Assembly: GCA_963796275.1 (NCBI GenBank)
Contig: CAWCKY010000006.1
Location: forward strand, 1,120,001 to 1,184,000
DNA: 64,000 bases
Direction: 5' to 3'
From: an uncultured Acidobacteriota bacterium
GTDB lineage: Bacteria > Acidobacteriota > Blastocatellia > RBC074
Shown: piece by piece, positions 1-10,400 of the stretch
Layout of the letters: each line of letters begins with the position of its first letter
How positions within the stretch are numbered: the stretch's first letter is position 1
The notes under the pieces: model-generated
Seen by the model: only the letters and a program-made list of their open reading frames with translations
What the model was told of the DNA's origin: nothing
Databases searched by the model: none
Program-made: the position numbers and the translations under genes

Positions 1-11
1 CGAAGGTCACC

Positions 12-2603
12 ATGAAAACAAGTACTGCCATTCATCGGATTCTCACAGTTGGTCTCGTCCTCTGCCTGCTTTTGCCTGGGGTTGCGCTGGCGAAAGGGAA
101 GGGCAAGAAAAATTTCAATGAGGGGAAGAAATACGAACAACTGCAGCAGTGGGATGCCGCTGCTCAGCAATTCGCTCTGGCCGTCAGCGCCGAGCCGAAT
201 AACGCCGAGTATAAGCTGCATTACATCCAATCGCTGCAGAAGGCGTCGCTTATGTTCCTCAAGCGGGGCGATGACTTTGCCGAGCAGAGCGATTTCGATG
301 GCGCATACAACGCATATCGTTATGCCTATCAATATGACCAGGGCAATGAGATTGCGCGTCTGAAGATGGGGCGCATGATGGAGCAGCAGAAACAGGTGGC
401 CAGCGGCAACACCTCGTTCACCACCAACAAGGTTGGGAACGTGATGAACACCGGCGGCGAGCTTCCGATTGCGAACAAGCCGAGAGGCCGCGATCTGGTG
501 CAGGGCATCCATTTTGCCAAAGGATCGAAGTTCAAGACCGTGGTATCGAATCTCGGGAAACAACTCGAGCTCAATGTCGTATACGACGATTCGGTCAAGG
601 ATTCGCAGGTGGTCGACACCGTAGATTTAAATAACGTGACGATGGCCAAGGCGCTGGACATCATACTGAGGACATACAAGTTCTCGTTCGAACTGGTCGA
701 CCGCCGCACTATCCTCGTATACGCGGACAATGGGACCAACCGTCCGCGCTTTGAAACCCTGATGGTCAAGACTTTCTATCTGGGAAATGTGACGGCCAAT
801 CAGGCGCGCGCGGCGCTGCAGATAGTGCTTCCTCCGGGGCGCACGATGGCTCCTTTGGATTCGGGCGCCAACAGCACCGGCGGCAACGTGCTGGTCATAA
901 AAGCCACGGCGACGGAGTTGCAACTCGTCCAGGATGTCATCGATTCTCTCGATAAGAACAAGAACGAGGTCGTCCTCGATGTCGAGATATATGAGGTTTC
1001 GAAGGACAAAACTACGGAGATCGGAAACCAGATTCCGACCACCAGCGACAATGGCTACTCGCTCAGCAACCTCGGCGGTGTTGGAAGTTACCTGGCGGGT
1101 AGTGGGGGCTCCAGCTTGGTCGGGACCGCGATCGGTACTTCGGGCGGACTCTTCGCGCTGCCGATCACACAACTCAGGTTGTTGCAATCGAAAGGCGATA
1201 ACAAGCTGCTGTACAAGACCCAGATACACGTCCTGGACGGTCAGGAGAATGAGACCGTGGTCGGAAACAGCGTCCCGGTTAGAACCGGATCGACCTACCC
1301 GGGTGGATTTTTCGGCGGTGGGATACCGGGTCAAACGAATAATAACAATGGCCTCGCTAATGGCCTGGGCAATCTTCTGGGTGGTGGCGGCGGATTCGGC
1401 ACGGGAGTCATCGACAATATTCAGTACAAAGATGTTGGATTGACGATTAAATCCAAGCCGACTGTTACGAACGAGGGTTACGTCGAGCTCAAAATGGATT
1501 TTGAGACATCGGATATACAATCGACCGGATCCGATGCGTTGCTGCCGGCCTTCACGAAACGGCAGCTCAAATCTGTAACGCGTATTCAAGATGGCGTGAC
1601 TTCGGTTGTGGCGGGTATAAATCAGGATACGGATCGTAAAAATGTGGCGGGGGTGCCGATCGTTTCAATGATTCCGTTTCTCGGCCGCTTTGTTTCGGCT
1701 CCGAGGAATCAGAACAATCAATCCGATATAATTATCACCGTCACTCCGCACATCATTCGCTCGGCGGGGATCAACGAGAAGGATCACCTGGCGCGAGCGG
1801 CCGGTCTGCAGCAGGCCGGGCCTGGTCCGAGCGTAGAGGAAGTGGTCTACCGCGCTCAGCAGGAGGAGGAGCAGGATCGCCGCCAGATCGCGCAGCAGAT
1901 TCCGCAGCCCGCGCCTCTCAATCCGTCAGTGCCGCAGACGACCGAGGCGGCATTCACCCAGCCTCAGCGGACCGCGACACAGCAGACTTACCAACCGGTG
2001 AGCAATACCAATCCTGTCAGGACGCAGAATGTGGCGAACGCGCAGCCGATCAATCCGTCTGTCCCGTCCGCCGCCAATGGACCAGTTCAACAGGTTGATT
2101 TACTGAGCAGCGTTCTGCAGCCGAAAACGCCTCCGAATATTCCCGGCGTCACGGATGCGCGCGGCAATTCAGCGGTTACTTTGAGCCTCTCGCCGAAACC
2201 GATTCGCCAGCAACCTGGTAAGTCGTTCACCGTGGGTGTCGAAGTCAGCAGCCAGGCGCGGATGATGGGCGCGAACATCGCGATCAGCTTCGATCCGGCG
2301 AAACTTAGACTCAAGAATGTAAGAGATGGCGGGATGTTCGGCGCGCAGCCGGATCCGACATACGAAGTCGAAAAGGGCAATCTGATTGTGAAGTTCAAAT
2401 CACCGCAATCCGCACCGGCAGTAGCCTCAAGCGGGCGTATGATTCTGCTTGAGTTTGCCGCTATCGCGGAAGGCTCATCAGAGATCGCTTTCAATCAGAC
2501 GGCCACCCAGATAACCATGGTGGGCAACGCAAATGCCAAGACCGTCGCCAACCCGACGCAGGTCATCATATCTCGTGATGGGGGAGCGACCGTTTCACAG
2601 TGA
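12..2603 (+). CDS. Type II secretion/type IV pilus secretin (GspD/PilQ family) with N-terminal TPR-like region and C-terminal cohesin-like domain
   Basis: Signal peptide; secretin core motifs (EVVLDVEIYEV, IQYKDVGLTIKSKP, GVPIVSMIPFLGRF, IIITVTPHII); Pro/Gln linker, then a beta-sandwich (ISFDPAKLRLKNVRDG, SGRMILLEFAAIAEG). Confidence 0.85.
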   Translation: MKTSTAIHRILTVGLVLCLLLPGVALAKGKGKKNFNEGKKYEQLQQWDAAAQQFALAVSAEPNNAEYKLHYIQSLQKASLMFLKRGDDFAEQSDFDGAYNAYRYAYQYDQGNEIARLKMGRMMEQQKQVASGNTSFTTNKVGNVMNTGGELPIANKPRGRDLVQGIHFAKGSKFKTVVSNLGKQLELNVVYDDSVKDSQVVDTVDLNNVTMAKALDIILRTYKFSFELVDRRTILVYADNGTNRPRFETLMVKTFYLGNVTANQARAALQIVLPPGRTMAPLDSGANSTGGNVLVIKATATELQLVQDVIDSLDKNKNEVVLDVEIYEVSKDKTTEIGNQIPTTSDNGYSLSNLGGVGSYLAGSGGSSLVGTAIGTSGGLFALPITQLRLLQSKGDNKLLYKTQIHVLDGQENETVVGNSVPVRTGSTYPGGFFGGGIPGQTNNNNGLANGLGNLLGGGGGFGTGVIDNIQYKDVGLTIKSKPTVTNEGYVELKMDFETSDIQSTGSDALLPAFTKRQLKSVTRIQDGVTSVVAGINQDTDRKNVAGVPIVSMIPFLGRFVSAPRNQNNQSDIIITVTPHIIRSAGINEKDHLARAAGLQQAGPGPSVEEVVYRAQQEEEQDRRQIAQQIPQPAPLNPSVPQTTEAAFTQPQRTATQQTYQPVSNTNPVRTQNVANAQPINPSVPSAANGPVQQVDLLSSVLQPKTPPNIPGVTDARGNSAVTLSLSPKPIRQQPGKSFTVGVEVSSQARMMGANIAISFDPAKLRLKNVRDGGMFGAQPDPTYEVEKGNLIVKFKSPQSAPAVASSGRMILLEFAAIAEGSSEIAFNQTATQITMVGNANAKTVANPTQVIISRDGGATVSQ

Positions 2604-2609
2604 TTAGCA

Positions 2610-3179
2610 ATGACTGACAGAGGCTTAAAATCTGTGGTTTTAAGTGAGATGAAATCAGGCAGTGGAGAGATTCCACTGCCTGATTCATATGGGGCTCTTC
2701 TTACGGGTCAACGGGAAGCCGGCTTCACGTTGCTGGAGTTGATCATCACACTGGCCATCATATCGATTCTGGCCGCGAGCACGATTCCGATCGCTCGTAA
2801 TGTGATAAAACGCAACAAGGAGATGGAATTGCGTCGCAACCTGCGCGAAATGCGCATGGCGATCGACAACTACAATGCCGCTTGCAGAACGCCGCCCGGA
2901 TTCAGCAAGTTCGAGACGAATGAGGAAGAGCAACAATGCTATCCGAAGGACCTGGAAGTCCTGGTCAAAGGAGTCAAAGCGGCGGGAGCGGTCGACAAGA
3001 CTTTCCGGTTCCTGCGGCGCATTCCGAACGATCCCTTAACCGGAAAACCGGATTGGGGATTTCGTTCAATCGAGGACGATCCGGAATCGAGCTCATGGGA
3101 CGGAAAACACGTCTGGGACGTCTTCAGCAACGCACCTGGCACCGCACTGGACGGAAAGACGAAATACAAGGATTTCTAG
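2610..3179 (+). CDS. Prepilin-type pseudopilin (GspG/PulG-like)
   Basis: Class III cleavage/N-methylation motif AG|FTLLELIITLAI; YPKDLEVLV and FLRRIPNDPLT motifs; start uncertain. Confidence 0.85.
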   Translation: MTDRGLKSVVLSEMKSGSGEIPLPDSYGALLTGQREAGFTLLELIITLAIISILAASTIPIARNVIKRNKEMELRRNLREMRMAIDNYNAACRTPPGFSKFETNEEEQQCYPKDLEVLVKGVKAAGAVDKTFRFLRRIPNDPLTGKPDWGFRSIEDDPESSSWDGKHVWDVFSNAPGTALDGKTKYKDF

Positions 3180-3181
3180 CG

Positions 3182-3595
3182 ATGATTTCCAGATCGAAGA
3201 CAGATGATCAAAAATCTCGTGTCGAACGGGGCTTCACTTTTATGGAGCTGCTGATCGTGATGGTCATCATAGGGATTCTCTCGGCCGTGGCCATCCCAAT
3301 TTATATCACTCACGTCCAGCGAGCCAGAGAGGTGACATTGCAGCAGAACCTGTGGGTGATGCGCAACGCTATCGACCAGTTTACGACCGATAAGGAGAAA
3401 GCGCCGAGCAACCTGGACGAACTGGTATCGGCCAGGTATTTACGAGAGATACCCAAGGACCCCGTTTGCCCCGAGTGTTCGTGGAACGCGATCCCGGCAG
3501 AGTCGGACGATCTCAATGTCTCCGGCGGGATCGGCAATGTGAAAAGTTCGGCTGAAGGCACGGATTCAAGCGGAAAGGCATATTCGGAATACTGA
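3182..3595 (+). CDS. Second prepilin-type pseudopilin (GspG-like)
   Basis: ATG 3182 lies 2 nt after the upstream stop; RG|FTFMELLIVMVII motif; YLREIPKDP. Confidence 0.85.
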   Translation: MISRSKTDDQKSRVERGFTFMELLIVMVIIGILSAVAIPIYITHVQRAREVTLQQNLWVMRNAIDQFTTDKEKAPSNLDELVSARYLREIPKDPVCPECSWNAIPAESDDLNVSGGIGNVKSSAEGTDSSGKAYSEY

Positions 3596-3718
3596 AGACC
3601 TGGTTGAATGGGCGAAAGAGCGAAGGGGCGAAAGACAGATTACAGCGAGATTAGGGCATCTTCACATGCTTCCGAGTAAATACGGTAAATACGGACATTT
3701 TCTTATCGGGCGCAAACC

Positions 3719-4672
3719 ATGAAACAAATTCCGATCTTAGCTAACGTCTGGAACTATATGGCTGCCCCGAATCTTCCCGGGACTTCGGTTGCGGTCAGCG
3801 AGACGCATCTCTCATTGATCGCCTTACGGTATCGTAAGGGGGAGTTCGAACTGCAAAATCTCGGCGTACTTCGTCTCTCGCCCGGCCTCATCAATGCGAG
3901 TTTCACTGAACCGAATGTTGCCGATGAGAAAGCGGTGATCGAACTTCTAAAACGAACGTCGACGCAAGCCGGCATGGATCGGGTGAAAGCTCTGAGCGCA
4001 TCTTTACCTGCCGGGAGCGCGCGCAGCATCGTGTTCTCGCTCGAGAACGTTCCGACTAATCGATCGGAACTCGCGCAGATACTTGAATGGAAGACCGAGC
4101 GTAGTCTGGGGCACAAGGTCAGCGACCTCAGAGTCAGCTACAGACGACTGAAAGATTCGAATGGACGTTCGCAATGGATGGTCTCTGCCGCTCATCAGGA
4201 CGTTATCGCGCAGTACGAGAGGATTTTCGCGGCCCTGGGCTGGCAGGTAGGTTTGATTGTGCCACAACATTTGGGCGAGGCTCAGTGGTTGTTGCGATCG
4301 GGAATCGAGGAGGATCAGGTGGTTCTCAGCTTGAATCCGAGGGGATTCGATGCAGTGATCGTTCGGGGAAATGAACCTCTGCTGGTGCGCGAAGTCGTCT
4401 GCCCGATGGAAGAGCGCGAGGATGAATTCTATCGCCTCATGGTATTCTATCGTGACCGATTATTGCCGGAGACATCCGCCGTGCCTCTCAACCGAATGTT
4501 GACGATCGGCGACCCGGGGGAACAGAAAAAATTTGGAGATTTGTTGTCATCGGCATTAGAAAAGGATACAGTTTCCCTCGCACCACAGGAGATAGGGTTA
4601 AGGTTGGACCCGAGAGCTCCGTTCAATCATTTCGCGGCGGCGGGTGGACTGGCAACCATGGGCTGGAGATAA
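3719..4672 (+). CDS. PilM/GspL-like actin-fold pilus assembly protein
   Basis: Follows secretin and pseudopilins; PilM-like segments (LSPGLINASFTEPNV, SASLPAGSARS, VIAQYERIFAALGWQVGLIVP). Confidence 0.65.
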   Translation: MKQIPILANVWNYMAAPNLPGTSVAVSETHLSLIALRYRKGEFELQNLGVLRLSPGLINASFTEPNVADEKAVIELLKRTSTQAGMDRVKALSASLPAGSARSIVFSLENVPTNRSELAQILEWKTERSLGHKVSDLRVSYRRLKDSNGRSQWMVSAAHQDVIAQYERIFAALGWQVGLIVPQHLGEAQWLLRSGIEEDQVVLSLNPRGFDAVIVRGNEPLLVREVVCPMEEREDEFYRLMVFYRDRLLPETSAVPLNRMLTIGDPGEQKKFGDLLSSALEKDTVSLAPQEIGLRLDPRAPFNHFAAAGGLATMGWR

Positions 4673-4894
4673 GAAAACAGTTGGACAGATTGTCCGATAA
4701 TAAGTAAACTACTCTCTTACTTGACTTTATTTTTTGAGTTCTGATGCATCTAAAACGGGCGCGATTAACGTAAACTAGATTAAGCACAGAAATGGAAGAC
4801 AAAGATTCTCACGGTCAACGAACCGACTCTTACTGTGCCATGACTCAAAAGTTCTTGAGGATGCCTTTTTAAAATTGGAGATTAATATCTCAGT

Positions 4895-5725
4895 ATGACC
4901 TGGGATGAAATTAAAGAATTAGGTCCCCTGTATGCGCTCGGCGCTGTGGATGATGATACGGCACGCGGCATAGAGGATTTTCTCCTCGAAGCCACGCCGG
5001 AACAGCAGCACGAGATAAGCGAGTTACGTGAGGTGGCGGCATTAATTCCCCTGGGGCTGCCTCTCGCAACCGTCCCTGAAATCGTCAGGGATAGACTTTT
5101 TGTCCGGATTTCCGCAGAGGCACAGTCGTCGTTAACCGATTCAGAGGAAACGCGGTCAGAGTTACAGGTAAATGGATCGGCAGAGCCTTACGAAGAATCC
5201 GCGAAGGTCTTGGCTTTCACGCATGCACCGCGAAAAGAGGCCAGTGCGACACGGTGGTTGCTGCTTGCCGCGACAGTTTTATTGACGTTTTCGAGCGGCT
5301 ACCTCTTATGGCGAAACTACGAGCTTCATAATGAGAACAGTAAGCTGGCGCGGGAAAATGAAAGGGTGAGAAGCGAGGTCAGGGAGATCGTCAGTCCAGC
5401 GACAAAGATCGTTATGATGGCGGGTAAAGAAACCCCGCAAGCGAGCGCCAAGGTGGTATGGGATACCAACCGTCAGACCTGGGTAATCTACATCTTCAAT
5501 CTGCCGCCGCCGCCGACCGATAAGCAATACCAGCTGTGGTATGTGAAGGGTGACGCCAAGATCAGCGCGGCAGTTTTCGATACCGATCCGTTGGGCGAGA
5601 AGATTTTGAAATTGGAATTGCCACCGGATGTCGTGAACGGTCTTGCTGCGACCGCCATCACATTGGAACCAAGAGGCGGTTCGCAACAGCCGACCAGTAA
5701 TTTATACCTCGTTGGCGCAATTTAA
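4895..5725 (+). CDS. Anti-sigma factor, RskA-like
   Basis: N-terminal LYALGAVD anti-sigma helix, one TM segment, C-terminal NLPPPPTDKQYQLW...AITLEPRGGSQQPT; GGAG RBS. Confidence 0.85.
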   Translation: MTWDEIKELGPLYALGAVDDDTARGIEDFLLEATPEQQHEISELREVAALIPLGLPLATVPEIVRDRLFVRISAEAQSSLTDSEETRSELQVNGSAEPYEESAKVLAFTHAPRKEASATRWLLLAATVLLTFSSGYLLWRNYELHNENSKLARENERVRSEVREIVSPATKIVMMAGKETPQASAKVVWDTNRQTWVIYIFNLPPPPTDKQYQLWYVKGDAKISAAVFDTDPLGEKILKLELPPDVVNGLAATAITLEPRGGSQQPTSNLYLVGAI

Positions 5726-5755
5726 TAATAGAGCCAATACATCATTCGGCTCACC

Positions 5756-5801
5756 GAGCGAAACAAGCGAAATGATCTCATATTGCTTGTTTCGCTCTTT
5801 T
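5756..5801 (+). terminator. Hairpin with T-tract, probable intrinsic terminator
   Basis: GAGCGAAACAAGC (5756-5768) pairs with GCTTGTTTCGCTC (5785-5797), followed by TTTT; between convergent genes. Confidence 0.6.
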
Positions 5802-5877
5802 AGTATTACGGTCTTTCACGCTAGAGAATCGTGCTCTTCGGTATTTCTTATTCGGTTAGCTCTTCAGCGCATCATTT

Positions 5878-6288
5878 TCAACCGATGAAACGCTTTACAT
5901 ATTCGTAATAAGCGCGGCGTCCACCTCTTTTCTGCCAAAATTGAATCGATTTGTGGATTCGCTTCAGGCAGGCGATGGCCTCTTCCCCTGTAATTGGCGT
6001 TATCGCCGCATCTATTTCACGTCCGTCTTCATCCGTCATTTTTCCTCGACCAGATAGCCAATAGCAAACAGCCCTGGCGCTGTCGAACGCCTCCTGCTCG
6101 TGCGGTTGAAACTCCGGTATCGCCGCGGTGCGTCCTTGCGATTCCGCTGTAAGTATCTTGATCAATATCTCGATCACAAAAATCGAGGAATGATCTGTCA
6201 TCTTCGGATGCTCATCATAAACCGGCAGGAGCACGCCTTCGATATTCAGCAATGCATCTCGGTAGCGATCTTCAAAATCTTCTTCCAT
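5878..6288 (-). CDS. Hypothetical protein (136 aa)
   Basis: MEEDFEDRY...CLKRIHKSIQFWQKRGGRRAYYEYV; starts 10 nt after the methyltransferase stop. Confidence 0.7.
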   Translation of the reverse strand: MEEDFEDRYRDALLNIEGVLLPVYDEHPKMTDHSSIFVIEILIKILTAESQGRTAAIPEFQPHEQEAFDSARAVCYWLSGRGKMTDEDGREIDAAITPITGEEAIACLKRIHKSIQFWQKRGGRRAYYEYVKRFIG

Positions 6289-6298
6289 TATGCTCTTT

Positions 6299-7315
6299 TC
6301 ATTTGTAAGAAATGACGACCTTTTGCAGCGTCGGAGGCAAGGGATGTAGTTCGCTCTTCTTGAAACCGGCATTAGCGAACATCTTTTCGAGTTCGGCGAA
6401 TGTATAGGCATCGCCTGCCGGGGTCGATGCCAGCATGGTCATCGAAAATGATGCGGCGGGTGGTGGCGTCACCCGGTCTTCATTCGGGATGAATTCCAGC
6501 GTCACGACGCGCGCGCCGTCATTCATGGCCGCGTAGATTCGTGCGAGCAGCCGCTCATTTGTTTTTACATCGAAGTGATGCAGGAAATTGGTCAGCAGCA
6601 CCAGGTCAAACCCATCACCGAAATCGACATCAAAAGCGCTACCCGGCAACAGGCGATACCTGTCGATGACGCCAAATTTTTGCGCGTTCTCTCGAGCTAC
6701 TTCAAGCACGGGGGCCCAGTCCTGTGCCACCACTTCGACGTTAGGGGATTGCTGCGCGATGGTGATGCCGAAGAGGCCATGGCTGGCGGCGATATCGAGT
6801 ACTTTGATTTGGCGGTTCTTATCTATTCCGATGAGCTGCGCGATCTGCTGTGCGGGGAGTCCCATCAACGGCATCATATCTCGCGCAAAACGGACCCATA
6901 CCGGATTTTCATACGACACGCTGCCTTCTTCGCTGAAGATAGCTCCGCCCTTACGCACAATTTCGGCCACATTTTTAAAGGCCTCGTACATAGTCGGTGC
7001 GAGCAGGAAGTTAATTGCATTGCCTAGGTAAACGGTTGAACGGCGATCGAGGAAGAAGGCCGAATCCGGCGTCAGGGCATAGCTGTCGGCTTCTTTCGTC
7101 AGAAAGCCGAGAATCGTGAGGTAATCGCAGAGTATGCGCATACCCCGTTCCGATGCGTTGCATTTCTCGGCCAGGGCTGTCGCCGACGTATTGCCCTCGG
7201 CGATCGCCGTGAACACGTCTAGTTCGATTGCGCCTTTTATGACCTCAGTTTGTTGGAATGCGTTGATGGTCCTGAAGAAAAGTTCGGGGGATGGCATTGC
7301 GGCTTGGTTACTCAT
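6299..7315 (-). CDS. SAM-dependent O-methyltransferase family 2 with dimerisation domain
   Basis: [13 protein letters not shown] dimerisation helix; [12 protein letters not shown] motif I; [13 protein letters not shown]; GGAG RBS before ATG 7315. Confidence 0.88.
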   Translation of the reverse strand: MSNQAAMPSPELFFRTINAFQQTEVIKGAIELDVFTAIAEGNTSATALAEKCNASERGMRILCDYLTILGFLTKEADSYALTPDSAFFLDRRSTVYLGNAINFLLAPTMYEAFKNVAEIVRKGGAIFSEEGSVSYENPVWVRFARDMMPLMGLPAQQIAQLIGIDKNRQIKVLDIAASHGLFGITIAQQSPNVEVVAQDWAPVLEVARENAQKFGVIDRYRLLPGSAFDVDFGDGFDLVLLTNFLHHFDVKTNERLLARIYAAMNDGARVVTLEFIPNEDRVTPPPAASFSMTMLASTPAGDAYTFAELEKMFANAGFKKSELHPLPPTLQKVVISYK

Positions 7316-7480
7316 ATTTTCACTCCAATCTGGATCGACCTTAATGCTTTTAGGTGCCGGTTGCAATGAAAAATTCGAAGAGAAAAGCGGAGCAAACGAA
7401 ACCGGCGAGACAAACGAAAGTGTGATTTATTCGTTTGCCTCGCTGTAGGTATCGCGCGTTACGTATTTTTAGCTTCGCGT

Positions 7481-10400
7481 TTAGAAGTGGAACTTCAGCG
7501 CAAACTGGATTATCCGCGGATCAAAAGTGCTGGATACCCGGCCGAAAGCGCCGCTGCGACGATCGACCGTGGGTGCGCCGAAATTTGTCTTATTGAAGAG
7601 ATTGAAGAACTCGGTGCGGAACTCGAGCCTTGATGACTCGTTGATGAAGCGGAAGGGGAAGTTCTTCTGAATTCCGAAATCGACCTGATAGAACGGAAAT
7701 CCGTATACGGCGTTGCGTCCGATGTTGCCGAAGGGTTGATCGCGGGTCGGAATCGCGATATTGGGCGCGTTGAAATAATAATCGTATCGCTCCAGTCCGA
7801 GAGCCTGGCGCTGATCAGCGGTCGAGAGTATCCCACCATCCGGGCCAAGGTTCGGGCGCAATGCAACGCCGCCGAGGAAATCGGGTTGATTGTCCGACAC
7901 GCGGCCGTCGGTATCGCCGTAACGCAGATTCAAGGGCTGGCCGCTCGTCAGTGTGATCGTGCTGCTGGCGACCCAGCCTCCGATGATGAAATCGAGGACC
8001 GGCGGCAGATTGATATTTCGACCTTTGCCCGCCGGCACATCCCATACGACGCTCGTCGTGTTGTTGAAGCGCTGATCGAACGATGATGGGCCTTTGTCGT
8101 TACTTACATCATATAAGTTCTGTGGCGTCGGCGCTCCGCCGTTGCTCACTTCCAACACCTGCGATGAATTATCGATAGCCTTCGAATAAGTGAAGGAGTT
8201 GAGCAATTGTAGCGTTCTGCCGCGATGCTCGACCTTGATCTGAAGCGCATTGTAATTCGAAAAACCAGTGGGAAGCGACGATGTGATATTGCCCGCGGGC
8301 ACGAGGCCGAAGCCGGGGACCGTAACGCCCTGAATCGGGCGGCGCTCGAGCAGCGTAGGTTGACGTACTCCCGGCAGAAGTTCCGCTTGAGTCAATGGCC
8401 GTGCCTGATTGAGATCGGCCAGTTGTGGCAGCTTGATTGCGCGATTGCCCGCGTAACCCACATCAATCAAAATGTTGCGAGTGATCTGATGCTGGATGGT
8501 CAAGTGCCAATTCTGTACGTAACTCCACGGAAAGTCGCGCGGCATGTACAGGATCACGCTGCCGGGGCTGGTCAGGAGGTTGTCCGGATATCCGTCCTGT
8601 GTGCGGCGAAAACATCCGGTAAAGTTATTGCCCGTGCAAATATTCCCGATCTGGGAACGATCGTTTTGAACGGAAGCGCGCGTGACGAACGGCGCGTTGG
8701 TATTGAGCAGTTCCGCCGAGGCCATGCGGTTCCAGTAATTGTAACCGATGGCATAACCCGCGCGGATGACCGTTTTGTTGCGCAGCTGATAGGCAAGTCC
8801 GATTCGCGGAGCAAAGTTGTTTTTATCGAGGTTCCGCAGAGCCCGTTCGGAGATCGAGCCGTCACTCGCAAGGATGATTTCCCGCGTCTCCGGATCGAAA
8901 TTCGCCAGGTTGTCGTCAGCGTCATAGACGGGCGTCACCAGTTCGTATCGCAATCCCGCATTGATCGTCAGCTTCGGATTCAATTTGAAATCGTCCTGAA
9001 CATACCAGTAATGAAACCGCTGGCGCATTTGGGCGATGAATTGTGTCGCGAATTGGTATTGGCTGCGGGCACCGAAGTAGAAATCGGCCAGAGCGTAATT
9101 CACGGCCGGGGCCATTCCCACTCCCGGACGGCTGAATCCTCCGCCATACAGATCGAGGCCGTAGAGCGGGTTGGTGTCATCGACGTCCTGATTGAGCGCC
9201 AGATATTCGTAACCTGTCTTCAGGCTGTGGCGCCCAAGTAGCTTGCTGTAGTTGACGCGCGAATTGATGGTTGTGGGGAATTGCGATTGCGGATTGGTCG
9301 ATTGGCGGCCGATGCGCGAAAAGCCCGGAATATCCTGCGGCGTGACGCCGCCCTGTACGCGCGGTCCTTCCGGCAACCCGGTGATACCAAACAAATCGTT
9401 CATACTCGGCCCGCCGACAAGCGCGGGCAATCGGTCCATCCCCAGGCGACTCACGGCGAACCGGTAGTCGAGAGCGGAGTCATTGGATACTATATAGGTT
9501 ACACCAGCTATCCCTTGCTGGTTATAGGTCACCAGATTTCCGATCGCGTTTCCGCCCGAGAAACCAGTAATCAGACCCGGCTGTTCGATTGTCTGGCGGC
9601 GATGGGAATAACGAGCGAAGCCCGTCAGTTTCTCGGTGAATTTGTGATCGAGTTTGAGCGCGCCCTTGTCTTCCAACAATCGGTTGCGCGCGAAGCCTCC
9701 GAAATTACTGCCAACCGTACGATTGGGCGCGGGAAGATTTTCCAGTACCGTCCTGGCGAAGCTGGTCATCGGAACCGGCGTCCCTTCCGGATAGAGAGTA
9801 CCCGCACGTATGAGCGCGCCGTTTGAATCGATGAAGTCGTATGGCACGACGACATCTGCCCGGACCGTTGGATCTGATGATCTGAGAATACCTCGTCGCT
9901 GATCGAGCGATGGGATGGTTGCCAGCTGGAACGGGCTTTGGATCCATCGTGAGCCTTCGTAATCGAGAAAGAAGAAGGTGCGGTCTTTGAAAACCGGCCC
10001 GCCGAAGACGAAACCGAACTGGTTACGATTGACCTGTGGTTTGCGGCCATCGGGCGGCCTGAAAAAGCCTGTCGCATTGAGAGCGGTGTTCTGAAGGTAA
10101 TCCCATACTGCTCCGTGAAACTGATTGGTTCCGGATCGCGTCGAGACGTTCATCACCGCTCCACCCGTGCGGCCGTATTCGGCGCTGTAAGAATTGACCG
10201 ACATCCTGAATTCGGCTACCGAATCGGGCGAGGGTTGAGCCGCCTGATTCGAGAAGCCCTGATTCGTCGTGCCATAAAAATTGTTATCGATGCCGTCGAT
10301 CAGGAAGTTGTTGTACACGCTGCGCAGACCATTGACGTTGTATGAGCCTTCGCGGCGGAATGAGATGTCGCCCTGATTGCCCGATTGCGATTGGCGCACA

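Noticed and set aside
4792-4872. 26-codon ORF as an ECF sigma remnant
   Set aside because: Resemblance to a sigma C-terminus is too weak to call
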